NCBI GenBank assembly: GCA_965644495.1
Contig: CBFFSA010000004.1
Span: forward strand, 930,001-994,000
Direction of reading: 5' to 3'
DNA: 64,000 nucleotides
From: Perkinsela sp. CCAP 1560/9
Lineage: Eukaryota > Protista > Euglenozoa: Kinetoplastea
The translations under genes were made by a program, and so were the position numbers. Under the pieces are notes generated by a model. That model saw nothing but the letters and a program-made list of their open reading frames with translations. It had not been told where the DNA came from and did no database searches. Positions 10,037 through 20,342 of this stretch are shown here, in pieces. Every line of letters starts with the position of its first letter. Within the stretch, counting starts at the first letter, position 1.

Positions 10037-12988
10037 ATGAATAGTTTCTGCGCACAGAGTGAGAGCGATATTCTTGACGACTTTTTGCTTTCTTTACGTT
10101 CATCTTTCGGCACCTCCTGGTGTGAGGCGTTATCCAACCAAATTAATGACAGAAACAGCATTCTTGATGTAACAAACGAACAAAACTCAGATTCTTTTGC
10201 CACGTTACCGTGTACTGTTGTAGCAGAACTAAGCCTTGTATCAGTTTTGGATACTCTGTTGGAAAATGAGGATAAAACGGAACAGCAAATCGATATCGGG
10301 TTATGTTTTTCTAGGCTTCATTCCAGAATTAAGTCAAAGTTAGATCAGATGACTTGTTCAGGGTCAAAAAGAAAAACCTATGACGAACTTTTGCATCTGA
10401 TCGAGCGGTACTTTATACTGCAATGGACCGAAGATATGTTTGGCGAAAATACCATTCCGCGGTCCATAAGGCATGGAACAACACCTTTCATTGTGAAAAC
10501 GTTGTCTTTACTCGCGCCACATGAATCACAAAATCGCATCAATTCGAAGCTTCATACTGAAACCCTTCAAATTGAGCATTCCTTTTTACGCTCAGCCTGC
10601 ACGGCTGCCATGAAGCAACAGCGGATGTCGAAAGACTTGGCATTGTTAGTTGACTTTTTGTTTCACGGAATAGACTCAACAAGCGTACACAGCAGCCGTT
10701 GCGTACACATTGTACAGCAAATAATTAATGCAGAACCACAACTCGTATTGCAACACGGGATATTTCGAAACAACGGCTCCGAAATAGTGACACATATTGA
10801 CAACGGTGTAAAATTGTCGAAACTTCCACTAGGACGTTTGCTAAATTTCACGATTGCACCCAAAGAATTCCTGCCTTCCGATGAATCCATATGGAGTGAG
10901 TTGCACGAAATATTACCACAGCTAAATCCGAAGGTCCATGTTCGATTTAATGCGAGCAACCAAATCGTTTTTACTTTGTTCCAGAGTGCATTGCGGTACG
11001 GCGATCGAAATCTCGCCATGCGATCCCTTGACAGAATATATTTCGTCAACGAAATATGGAACCGTGAGCGTGTCGATTATCTTAAAGTATCAACGCCTCA
11101 TTGCCTCCTCAACGTGGCAAGCACAATTTTTCAGCTACTAGAACCCATCCAATCCGATGACGCCAAGCACTTTCCTCGCTTGGATCCAAACTTGTGGGCA
11201 CACTCCGATTGTCCGATAAGAGCCATGCACCTCGAAAGCAAGTCAGACGACGAGAACGTGGTCATTCCTGCCATCAGTAATCTATTTTTTATGGGACTCA
11301 ACTATTTTCATTTGACAGCAGGTTTGATTCGACACCAAGAGACCGTTACCCCCATGCTTCAAAGACAGTATGAACTGGTACGGAACCGCCACACTCCATC
11401 CGATAAAAGCCAAAAGCTTTACATTTCCCACATTCAACGCATGCTCCTCATTCTGATGAGCGTTCTCCACGAAACCACCTTCCTTCGCCATCTCCAGAAT
11501 TTCGCACACTACCTCACACGCTGGCTCTTCTACCTCGCCACCGGCCAACCCAACACCTTCACCCTCCCCCCCACCCCCCACGCCCCCACCACCTGGTCCC
11601 TCCTCCCCCAAGACCTCTTCACCGACCTCGCGGACACCCTCACCCATCTCATCCGCCTCCCCTCCCTCCCTACAGGCGCCCCACAACCCCTCCACCTGCT
11701 CCGTTTCGTCGCGGCCTTTATTGCCCACCCCGCCTACATGACCAACAAGCACCACCGCGGGCGCTATGCCTTTCTCCTGCGCGCGTTGCTGATCCCCGTG
11801 ACAACCACAGCAACCGTAACAACGGCAACTCCTCCTCCTCCTACGAACGCTTCTCCCTCTGCCTTACCCCCCGATCTCCTCGAGTCCCTTCTCTCCACAG
11901 CCCTACGGCTCTATGTCGATGTGGAGTCCTTAGGGGAAGACAAGCTCCCGCCCCGGCACCATCTCAACTGTGTGCTGCGATTCCTCTGGCAGGCCTACCC
12001 GGGGGCCAGAGCCACGCTGGCGCAAGAGGCCGCGGAGAGGGGCATGGACTTTACGAAATTCATAAGTTATGTATTGTCCGATGCGAATAAGATGCTGGAG
12101 GTGGCGCTGGTGAGGCTGCGGGAGATGAATGGTCAGGGGATAGAGGGGACGCGGGATGCAGAGGGGAGTTCGGCTGTCGGGAGTGAACAGAATCCAGAGG
12201 AGAGGACCGATGATGAAGATGGCGAATGGGGAGGTGCGACGGGTGTGGAACGACTGCGGGGGTTGGAGAGTTCGGCGTTGTTTGCGCAGGAGGTGCTGTC
12301 GTTTGTGGCGCTGCTGTGTGGGGAGATTCCGGAGGCGTTGTTGCAGGGTCTGGTTACGGATCAGGTCGCGAGTATGCTGGATTATTTTTTGCTTCACCTC
12401 GCGGGACCGCGGATGAGGGAGATTCAACGTGTTCCGGAATATGTGATGAAACAGGCGGGGTTTCCGCACAGGCAACTGGTGGAGCAGTTGGTCCACTGCT
12501 TTGTCGGGCTCGCCCGCAGTCCGTGTCGTGAGACGTTTGCGGAGGCCATGTGTGCGGATGTACGGAGTTACTCCCCAGAGGGGTTTGATCAGATTTTATC
12601 GTTTCTGCGTGCTAAGGCGGTACTTTCGGATCGACTGCCTGAATTAGAATCGTTTTTTGCGTACGTTCGTACCGTACACGGGAATCGACAAGATCAGGAG
12701 GCGCTGTGGGGAGACCCACCCGAGCGGTTTATGTGTCAAATTACCTATGCAGTGTTGCTGCATCCTGTGGCGTTGCCAGAGATGCCGGAGGACGTTGTGG
12801 TTGAGCGTGACGCGATCTACCGCCATTTACTTTTTGACGAGCATAATCCATTTAACCGACAGCCGCTTACGCCCGCCGAACTCACTGACTTTAATGCTAG
12901 AGACGAGGTGAGGGAAAAATGCGAACGTCTGAAGCATGAAATTGAAGAGTGGAAAGGTGAGAGATTAAGGGAAGGGCCTCGAAAATAG
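10037..12988 (+). CDS. UFD2: Ubiquitin conjugation factor E4 (UFD2/UBE4) with C-terminal U-box
   Basis: Ufd2-core motifs (YMTNKHHRG, LYVDVE, VASMLDYFLLHLAGPR, DVRSYSPE) and a U-box (PPERFMCQIT...HLLFDEHNPFNRQPLT). Confidence 0.88.
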   Translation: MNSFCAQSESDILDDFLLSLRSSFGTSWCEALSNQINDRNSILDVTNEQNSDSFATLPCTVVAELSLVSVLDTLLENEDKTEQQIDIGLCFSRLHSRIKSKLDQMTCSGSKRKTYDELLHLIERYFILQWTEDMFGENTIPRSIRHGTTPFIVKTLSLLAPHESQNRINSKLHTETLQIEHSFLRSACTAAMKQQRMSKDLALLVDFLFHGIDSTSVHSSRCVHIVQQIINAEPQLVLQHGIFRNNGSEIVTHIDNGVKLSKLPLGRLLNFTIAPKEFLPSDESIWSELHEILPQLNPKVHVRFNASNQIVFTLFQSALRYGDRNLAMRSLDRIYFVNEIWNRERVDYLKVSTPHCLLNVASTIFQLLEPIQSDDAKHFPRLDPNLWAHSDCPIRAMHLESKSDDENVVIPAISNLFFMGLNYFHLTAGLIRHQETVTPMLQRQYELVRNRHTPSDKSQKLYISHIQRMLLILMSVLHETTFLRHLQNFAHYLTRWLFYLATGQPNTFTLPPTPHAPTTWSLLPQDLFTDLADTLTHLIRLPSLPTGAPQPLHLLRFVAAFIAHPAYMTNKHHRGRYAFLLRALLIPVTTTATVTTATPPPPTNASPSALPPDLLESLLSTALRLYVDVESLGEDKLPPRHHLNCVLRFLWQAYPGARATLAQEAAERGMDFTKFISYVLSDANKMLEVALVRLREMNGQGIEGTRDAEGSSAVGSEQNPEERTDDEDGEWGGATGVERLRGLESSALFAQEVLSFVALLCGEIPEALLQGLVTDQVASMLDYFLLHLAGPRMREIQRVPEYVMKQAGFPHRQLVEQLVHCFVGLARSPCRETFAEAMCADVRSYSPEGFDQILSFLRAKAVLSDRLPELESFFAYVRTVHGNRQDQEALWGDPPERFMCQITYAVLLHPVALPEMPEDVVVERDAIYRHLLFDEHNPFNRQPLTPAELTDFNARDEVREKCERLKHEIEEWKGERLREGPRK

Positions 12989-13125
12989 TGCAGAGCCCCG
13001 AGATGAAGTCGGATTCTTGTTTAGCACGAAAGTATTCTTAAAGAACTTGTGATTGTTTGGTTACACTGTTAATTTCGTACGGGGTATAAAGTTTATGCTT
13101 TTTTTACAGTTACTATTTGATCTTA

Positions 13126-13707
13126 ATGTCGAAGCAGCGTTCTTTTCAAGCGCCTTCCAAGCATCGAGTAGTAAAGCCTAACCTATACTCGAGAGATACG
13201 CCTCAAAGAAAGTGGCTGACTACCGAATTTTATGTTAATTTTTGGGCTCGATTCACTCAGCAAATTCAAACGTATCGCGTAGTCCAGTTTGCTCTTTATC
13301 TTGCTGCCCCGATGTCTATCTCTTCACAGATACAGGCGGAGAGGTTCGTATCTCGGTTTATTCCTGCTGTCGGATTTCTCGCTTTCTGGTTAGCATTTTA
13401 CTATGACACGTACTTTCTTGCTGTACAGCTCCTGTTTCTCGCTGCGCTCTTGTGTCTAGCACTCATTGTGCCATGCTGGCGTATTTTATGGACAGTTGCT
13501 GATTCTGAGACAGATTTTATTCCCGAAGAATGGGTTCGATGCTATGAAGAAAAAGTAACCGAGGAAAAAGAGTACCAGCGAAATAAGGCACTAGCGGAGG
13601 GTAAGCCCGAGATCGATCTCTCACCCGGAGCATTGGCACAATCAGCGTTCCGACAGGTTATTCGCTTCGTTCAGTCGTGGAGGAAACCCCATAATAAAGC
13701 TGACTGA
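13126..13707 (+). CDS. SPC12: Signal peptidase complex subunit SPC12/SPCS1-like
   Basis: MSISSQIQAE followed by two TM helices ending LIVPCW matches the SPC12 pattern (MDxxGQxxAE...LxLPPW). Confidence 0.65.
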   Translation: MSKQRSFQAPSKHRVVKPNLYSRDTPQRKWLTTEFYVNFWARFTQQIQTYRVVQFALYLAAPMSISSQIQAERFVSRFIPAVGFLAFWLAFYYDTYFLAVQLLFLAALLCLALIVPCWRILWTVADSETDFIPEEWVRCYEEKVTEEKEYQRNKALAEGKPEIDLSPGALAQSAFRQVIRFVQSWRKPHNKAD

Positions 13708-14008
13708 GCGTAGAATACACCGCACTTTTCTTATTTGAAGTTAAAAGTATCACCGACAGTATCACCGACACGTACGTTAGTTTGCAGGAAAGATTACTTT
13801 TGACTTAAAAAGACAATGAATTCTAGTGTACTACTATTGACTACTGTATGTATATGTTGCCATTTACTAATTATTGGAGTGTAGTTCTGAAGTTTTTAAA
13901 TTTACTCTTCTTAGAAGTCCTACTACGATCTTTCTAGTATCTACTTCGATGTGAGAACCAATTTTCCCTTGTCGATTATGAAAATCAATAAGCGCGCGTT
14001 GAAATAAC

Positions 14009-15355
14009 ATGTCCGACGAAAATTTGGTCAGCATTGCAGACATGTATGGAAGGATTCGGTCCGAACAAGCTATTGAGCTGTTAACCACAGAAGGCAGGGC
14101 ACAAAAAATTATTCTTCACAGCCTCGTGCGAGACGTTTTTAGAGGTACTATTCCAAGTAGCTCCCCAGTGAGATTGCTCCTTATTGACCTAGACTATTCT
14201 TTTGATTCGGAAAATTTCTCCAGACAATTATTTCCTTTGCAAGACCATGTAACGGACCTTGGACAAATTCTGAAATCTTGTTTTCATCTCGTTCATCCCA
14301 GCACTTTTTCTGAGATAATTCAAACATTGCGTCGAGGCTGGTGCCGATCCGATGATGTGAAAGTTGAAGACGAAAGGACGGAAGTAGAGTGTAGTGTTCA
14401 CACAGATAGGATTCAGCACCAAACGACGGTGCCCCCACAATCTGTTAAGCCATATACTGTGATTATTCTGAACGGTACCCTATCAGCGGCATATCTCCCC
14501 TACTCGACGTCGTATCCAAACGGTGCGCCTATGAAAGGGAGGCAAACACACTGTTCCCCAAGCATTGGATCTCTGTTTGATGAATGTCAGAGACGCGCAA
14601 GGCGACGTAAGTGTGGCGTGATTTGTGTTACGAGACTCTATGCGCATCGTCTCTCGGCTCTCTGGCCTCCTGCATACACAGAGAATCTCACAAGTCCACC
14701 GCAGCGTTACGAAAGTGTGGCCTCTTCTCTTGCTCATCAAATTCAAGAAACGACAGCGAGTATACATACCTCCCGATTTGGATCTCTACACGGAAAACTT
14801 CCATCTTACTGCTTCGTATATTCTGCGCTGTATTACCCTTGGTGGTATAGAATCAGGTCAGAAAACTGGCTTTCGCATCGGATCTACGTAAGGTTGAAAC
14901 CAAATGTGGCAGAATCCGCACAAGGTCCAACCATGGAGAAATATGACCTCATTGAACTAAAGGGCGAGCGAGAACTTAGCACCCGAAAAAGCGAGACAGC
15001 AAAAGAATTTTTTCATAGTCTTCGTTCTGCAATGAAAGAGCCCGATCAGTTTGTTAATGCGAACATTCAATCAAATCACAGTTCAAATTTTCCTTTGATT
15101 ATAGACACTGTTGCTGGAACAGAATTCCAGTCCTTACACCGTAAGTTGCTTGCGTCGAAAAATATTTTGCGGTGCGATTCGGAAAATAGTTCTCAAGGAC
15201 ATGTGTCCGAAAGTCACATTGCGAGACTGAACGATGAAACTCAACTTTCTTTACCCTATACCAAAGGTAATCAAAATGCAAATATTTCTACCTCTCCTAC
15301 TTTCATAGCTTGGGAGGATGTTATGAAAGGCATCGGAGGTATTCCATCGGTTTAA
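14009..15355 (+). CDS. Divergent RecA/Rad51-paralog-like protein (XRCC2-like) with a degenerate P-loop
   Basis: IELLTTEGRAQKIILHSLV and LLLIDLDYSFD resemble XRCC2 EFHGPEGTGKT...VLFIDTDYHFD, but GKT is absent. Confidence 0.5.
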   Translation: MSDENLVSIADMYGRIRSEQAIELLTTEGRAQKIILHSLVRDVFRGTIPSSSPVRLLLIDLDYSFDSENFSRQLFPLQDHVTDLGQILKSCFHLVHPSTFSEIIQTLRRGWCRSDDVKVEDERTEVECSVHTDRIQHQTTVPPQSVKPYTVIILNGTLSAAYLPYSTSYPNGAPMKGRQTHCSPSIGSLFDECQRRARRRKCGVICVTRLYAHRLSALWPPAYTENLTSPPQRYESVASSLAHQIQETTASIHTSRFGSLHGKLPSYCFVYSALYYPWWYRIRSENWLSHRIYVRLKPNVAESAQGPTMEKYDLIELKGERELSTRKSETAKEFFHSLRSAMKEPDQFVNANIQSNHSSNFPLIIDTVAGTEFQSLHRKLLASKNILRCDSENSSQGHVSESHIARLNDETQLSLPYTKGNQNANISTSPTFIAWEDVMKGIGGIPSV

Positions 15356-15413
15356 ATTGTGCATACTCCTATTTCCTCCGATTTAGCTCAGTATACTCCC
15401 CCTGTCATTAATA

Positions 15414-17006
15414 CTGTCCCCCCCCCTACTTAAGCGCAACCGGGTTTTGGCCGAAAATTGCGCTTAAGTAGCCGGGTCAAAAATATCTCAAGGGGAAAAG
15501 ATACACCCATGGACAGAAGTGTGCCCCCGGCCTGGCAAATGTCATTTTTTTCACCCGTTTTTTCTCATTTTTTCAGCATTCGAAAGATCTCGTTCCCCTA
15601 GCGAAGAGCTTTGCCGCCTTTGCTTCATAGGGACCCCCTGGTACCCCCTGTTTCCAAAAAACATGGTTTTATTGCCCGTTTTTTTGGAACACAGTCAATT
15701 TCTCTAGTATATTATCTTTTTTTCTCCCTGTTTTTCTTCATGAGGACCCCGCCTCGTATAAATCATAAACGATTTGTCGATTTCGGAGCGAATAGAGATA
15801 GTCAAACAGCATAAATCCACACAACTTTGTAGTTTTAAGCCACACAACTCTGTAACCCTGACAAAGGCCACAGAAAAGGCGTTTAATGCTCTAAAACGTG
15901 CACCACATAGATAGAAAGTGTTGAATTCCATCAAATCTGTTCCTAAACGTATGCAAATAGTTATTCAGACCAATGGGGAGCATTGCGGATATTGATACTT
16001 CTTCCTTTTTTCTCATTTTCTCATTGAAAGGGTGATTTTTTTCTAGATGTCTAATGTACCATTTTTTGTTTTTGGTCTACTTTGGGGTCACCACCAGAGC
16101 ACCAGGGGGTCCCTATAAAAAAAAGGCGGCAAAGCTCTTCGCTAGGGGAACGAGATCGCTCGAATGCTGCAAAAATGAGAAAAAACGGATAAAAAAAATG
16201 GCATTTGCCAGGCCGGGGGCACACTTCTGTCCATGGGTGCATTTCGGACAAAAAAAGGCATTGAAAAAAAGTCGCGCCGCTTCGCGGCGCGGATAGCATC
16301 TGTACTTCTTAGTATTTATGTTGTGTACTTATGTTTCGTGAGCCATCTTCTAATCGGTGCCGTCTTCAAACTGTTCCTCACCTTCGTGTCCTCGGTAAGT
16401 GCGGGGGGGGATGGGATGCAACGTGTTTGACGATTCTGTGCATTTGCATATTGTAGCTACGATTCGTTAAAAGAAACAGAAAATAACTAAAAGCGAAGTT
16501 GCTTTAAAAAGGAGACTGCTTGTAAATTATATTTTAACAACTTTTGTAGGCGCAGTAATAAATTTATACATGTATAACCATGTAAATTTATATATGATGC
16601 AGTAGAAGGCTGTAGTAGTACACATCGATACGGGGATGGGGCTCCTGTATCCGTACCCAGTCAGTCAATTTTCTAGTTTGTGCTGAGGATTGAGCTGAAG
16701 GTGGGGAGAGCAATGAAGGGGGTTGAATAGGGGGGGGGTGACATTCTATGCTGAGGATTGAGCTGAAGGTGGAGAGAGAACTATAATGGAAAAAAACAAA
16801 GAAATATAAAAAAGCTAGCCAGAGTGTAATGAGTCGATGAACAAAAAATCGTACATGCCATAAAAAATATATAAAGCCATATTAACAATAAAAAAATCAT
16901 CTAAAAAAAAATCGCGCCGCGTCGCGGCGCCGTGTTCGTCGTGCCTCAATATTGCGCTTAAGTAGCCGTGTCAAACGGTTGCGCATAAGTGGGGGGGGGA
17001 GGGCAG
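15414..17006. mobile_element. TA-flanked TIR element, 1593 bp, hosting MITE-2
   Basis: The left end CTGT-polyC-TACTTAAGCGCAACCG is mirrored by CGGTTGCGCATAAGT-polyG-AGGGCAG. TA at 15412-3 and 17007-8. Subterminal ATTGCGCTTAAGTAGCCG appears near both ends. GCGCCGC-xTC-GCGGCGC hairpins at ~16274 and ~16914; ~30-bp direct repeat at 16681/16749. Confidence 0.8.
15504..16239. mobile_element. Tc1/mariner-type MITE-2, 736 bp, nested
   Basis: TIRs of ~140 bp (CACCCATGGACAGAAGTGTGCCCCCGGCCTGGCAAATG...). TA on the left and CA on the right (probably a mutated TA). Confidence 0.88.
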
Positions 17007-17209
17007 TAATGATGATCTTAAAAAAGTTATTGTTCGAGGTGGTGAAAACTCTTAAAAAATTATGAACTTATTTTCATGCACGCAGGATTTTCTTACAAAA
17101 AATTTTGTGTCTTAAAAAAAACGTTTTTTGAACTAAAAAACTACTCGTAAGGTTTCAAAAACTTCCCAATCGTGTTTTTTGTCGAAAACGATGTACTCGC
17201 CCTGCCAGA

Positions 17210-17276
17210 AATAATGATAATGATAATAATAATCTCAAAAAAATTATCAATCTTGAGGATTATCATTATCATTATT
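17210..17276. repeat. AT-rich inverted repeat built from ATAATG units
   Basis: aataatgataatgataat...attatcattatcattatt forms an 18-bp perfect stem, with an inner ctca/tgag pair. Confidence 0.7.
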
Positions 17277-17467
17277 AATGACAGGAGGAGTAGCTTGTTT
17301 TAGCAACGTTTTGCTTAATTTCCTGATTTGGACCCATTGTACGATTTTGTTACAGCTGAGCACATGTTCTTTAATTTCCTTGACCTTCCTTTCCATTTTT
17401 TTAACACAGTTTTTTACCTTGCAAAATAATAAACTTTTGCCTTACTGTATCTTGCTCGAATTGACAG

Positions 17468-20107
17468 ATGCTTCTTGAGGTTCGTTCGCATAGAACATGG
17501 AGACCTCCGTCCGCGGGCGGGTCACAAATTGAGGTAAGTTCTGAAACACCCGAAGCCTCTGCCTACAGAATGTTGATCACTCAATCCGTTCCTCTTTCTA
17601 TTCAACTTACACGAGGCAGTCTTCTTTTTAGTAATTGTCTAGAGAACCGTTTCTTAGCACATGCATGCGGTCGCCCGAATGTGTGTGAGCGCATTCGTTT
17701 ATCAGATTTCGATATAAAACAAGTGAATTCATCAGCATGCAAAGAACAGGGATATCAAAGTATTGGCACATTTACGGATAACCGTTCTGCCCCTATTCCA
17801 CTCTGCATAACAGGAGTTCCCGGCACGCAGTCGTGCGCGTATCTGGTAGGCACCTTAAATGGGCTTCACGAAATACAAAAAGGGGTTCCGTATTCCACAT
17901 TGAAATACACGCTCTCCGATGAAGTACATGCCATACAATGTGTTAGTGCCACACACGCAGTGCTGGGACTAGGAGACGGAAGTCTTGCGCTGTACTCTTT
18001 TAAAACTGGAATTACAGACACAACCCGCTCGCTTGTCCCTGGGATACAGAAAATACCCATACGTCAGCTTTTGCACCACAGCCGAAATGAAATGATCTTT
18101 GCACTTCATGGAGATTTTTTCATTGGGCTTCAGTATGATTTAACCTCCGAACGGTTTCGAACACAGGAGAGCGATGCTGTACTTTGCCACACATTACTTC
18201 ATGCGCCCCGACTGGGTTCATTTTGTGTTTTAGCTCATTTTAAGATACCCACGTTGACCTTTCTCACATGGGTGGATAAAACGAATCTGCTACAATTTGA
18301 GTGGAATCCAGAGCAGCCCGAGGCGCTTCGAGAAACGAATGTGGCCTGGTTGGAGACGTTCACATCTAGAGATACCTGCAGTGATGTCACCAGCACACTT
18401 GCCTCTGAGGATGCAGTACTGCTCGGAGATGATAGTGGAACACAAAGCTTTAGTAGAATGGGCACAATACAGGGATTATGCACTTCAAAGGAAAGTGATA
18501 AAGGAGTAGCCGTTATTATCCTGTCCAACACGCATATACTCGTACAAAACTATACAGTCGGACGCTGTTTACTTGTGTGTTCGGGTAGCTTGCAAATAAT
18601 ACCATTACATCATCCGTTTGAGGATTCGGTTCTTATGTCGCTGGATCGTGAGAATTACTTTCTGTGGTGCGCCGGATATCATTCCACAGGTCATTTAGCA
18701 CTATGTGCACAAAATCAGAGCACTGGAGCTGTACATTCTTGGCATATTGCACCAAAGGAAGCAATTGCGTTTTCAGGCGACGAAAGTGCATTTGAGATCG
18801 AGGAAAAAATATCCGACTTTAGGAAGCATGATAGAACCATTGGGTCCGCACTAGGGGTCCGCTCTCAAATAGAAACTTGGCGGCGAATAGAAATCATGAA
18901 CATGTTAAAAATGCGAGAATTTCCATTTCAGGAATGGACCGTTTTTGCGGAACAAATACGCTCATCTAGTAACTTGATTTTGCGCCAATCTCATGTGTTA
19001 GATAAAACAGTTGAAGAGCTTCGCATTTGTATTATCGGGGGACATTTAGGCCCGAATTTGCCGATATTCGACTTTGTTTCCAGAACAGTCGAGGAATCAA
19101 TTTCGGCCACACAGGAAACTCATGAAAACAATATTGTAGGGGCATATCAGAGATTGATCCAAAGCTTCCCCGTATTGAAGCCTTATGAAGTGAGGTTAAA
19201 GAAATGCTTATCTGATGATTTTTCGGATTGGGTTCGCCTTGAACTTAGCTCGGAAATGATGAGTTCAATGCGTTCCTCATTAACATCGACAGATTCTTTG
19301 ACGTACTCATTGTGTGCGCTTCGACACGTGCAATTTCTGGTTGATCGCTCTCTATCCCTTCGTATTCAAGTCTTATACGTCTTCTGTGAAACTTATACAT
19401 CCAGGACTGAGATGTGCAGAAATTTGGGTTGGAATGTCGACGAAGCGCTACTATGCACATTTCTTAGACAGGTGGACCACGATCCTAGTAAAATGGACCC
19501 ATTCACTTTCGATTCAGCTTACGGTTTGCCAATGAGTATATTTCCGCTTTCTTTGCGACGGCTGTGTTTTGGTTTAGTTTGGAACGCGTGCATGCAATGT
19601 GATGGTGAACTGAAACATTTGTCGAAACATGCCCCAACTTTAAATACAAGACCTTACGATACTCAAGCAACTTGGACACATTCTTCTCATCACGCGCATG
19701 CCGTCCAAGACTTTGGAAGCTCTCGAAATAAACAACCTGATTGGTTGATTTTTAGATCCCATTCCACGACGATATTGAGCCCTACGGAATTTCACTCTCC
19801 TTCTACCTTTTTTGTTGCTTTGGCTGGAATAGTAGACAAAGATATACGAATTATGCTTTTCGCGTTGTTTGCATCGTGTCTTGAAAAGAATTCTACAGTG
19901 TTGTTCCACACTTGGATTCCACACTTTGGCACTGATGAACTATTGCTTTGCCTAGGAAATGATTCACTGATGAAAGTACTTATACTTTTAGGTCGTGGAG
20001 ATGACAAACGTGCATACGAAATCGCTAAAAGGGACGACAATGCCACACAATCCGAAGCTGTATGTTTGCGTAAGGTGGTAGAGGAATTGGGGAAGAGATT
20101 CTCTTAA
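17468..20107 (+). CDS. Hypothetical protein: N-terminal beta-propeller plus alpha-helical C-terminus (nucleoporin/coat-like)
   Basis: 879-aa ORF with a WD-like blade (HAVLGLGDGSLALYSF) and a helical second half. Confidence 0.6.
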   Translation: MLLEVRSHRTWRPPSAGGSQIEVSSETPEASAYRMLITQSVPLSIQLTRGSLLFSNCLENRFLAHACGRPNVCERIRLSDFDIKQVNSSACKEQGYQSIGTFTDNRSAPIPLCITGVPGTQSCAYLVGTLNGLHEIQKGVPYSTLKYTLSDEVHAIQCVSATHAVLGLGDGSLALYSFKTGITDTTRSLVPGIQKIPIRQLLHHSRNEMIFALHGDFFIGLQYDLTSERFRTQESDAVLCHTLLHAPRLGSFCVLAHFKIPTLTFLTWVDKTNLLQFEWNPEQPEALRETNVAWLETFTSRDTCSDVTSTLASEDAVLLGDDSGTQSFSRMGTIQGLCTSKESDKGVAVIILSNTHILVQNYTVGRCLLVCSGSLQIIPLHHPFEDSVLMSLDRENYFLWCAGYHSTGHLALCAQNQSTGAVHSWHIAPKEAIAFSGDESAFEIEEKISDFRKHDRTIGSALGVRSQIETWRRIEIMNMLKMREFPFQEWTVFAEQIRSSSNLILRQSHVLDKTVEELRICIIGGHLGPNLPIFDFVSRTVEESISATQETHENNIVGAYQRLIQSFPVLKPYEVRLKKCLSDDFSDWVRLELSSEMMSSMRSSLTSTDSLTYSLCALRHVQFLVDRSLSLRIQVLYVFCETYTSRTEMCRNLGWNVDEALLCTFLRQVDHDPSKMDPFTFDSAYGLPMSIFPLSLRRLCFGLVWNACMQCDGELKHLSKHAPTLNTRPYDTQATWTHSSHHAHAVQDFGSSRNKQPDWLIFRSHSTTILSPTEFHSPSTFFVALAGIVDKDIRIMLFALFASCLEKNSTVLFHTWIPHFGTDELLLCLGNDSLMKVLILLGRGDDKRAYEIAKRDDNATQSEAVCLRKVVEELGKRFS

Positions 20108-20342
20108 AGACTTTGTGTCGAATGTGTATTTCGGAGTGTGCAATACGTGCACTGTTTTAGTTTTTTACTCATTTTTCCTTCGTGCTTGTATGGGTTCATT
20201 ACATGTGTAGATTCTAGAATTAATTCAACGGATGAGGATTTACATTTTATTCCTGGGCGATAATGAAAATTACAGAAATTTAGATAATCAAAGTTTATCT
20301 CATATTTCTATTCTTAATTTTCAGTAATCGCAGGGTAGAAGG

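Noticed and set aside
11282-12496. Antisense ORFs of 157 and 188 aa in UFD2 (and 220 aa at 38097-38759 in ALAT)
   Set aside because: By-products of the GC-rich skewed segments, which are depleted of stop codons; low-complexity translations.
15519-16299. Paired small ORFs starting MCPRPGKCHFF
   Set aside because: These are translations of the two TIRs of MITE-2.
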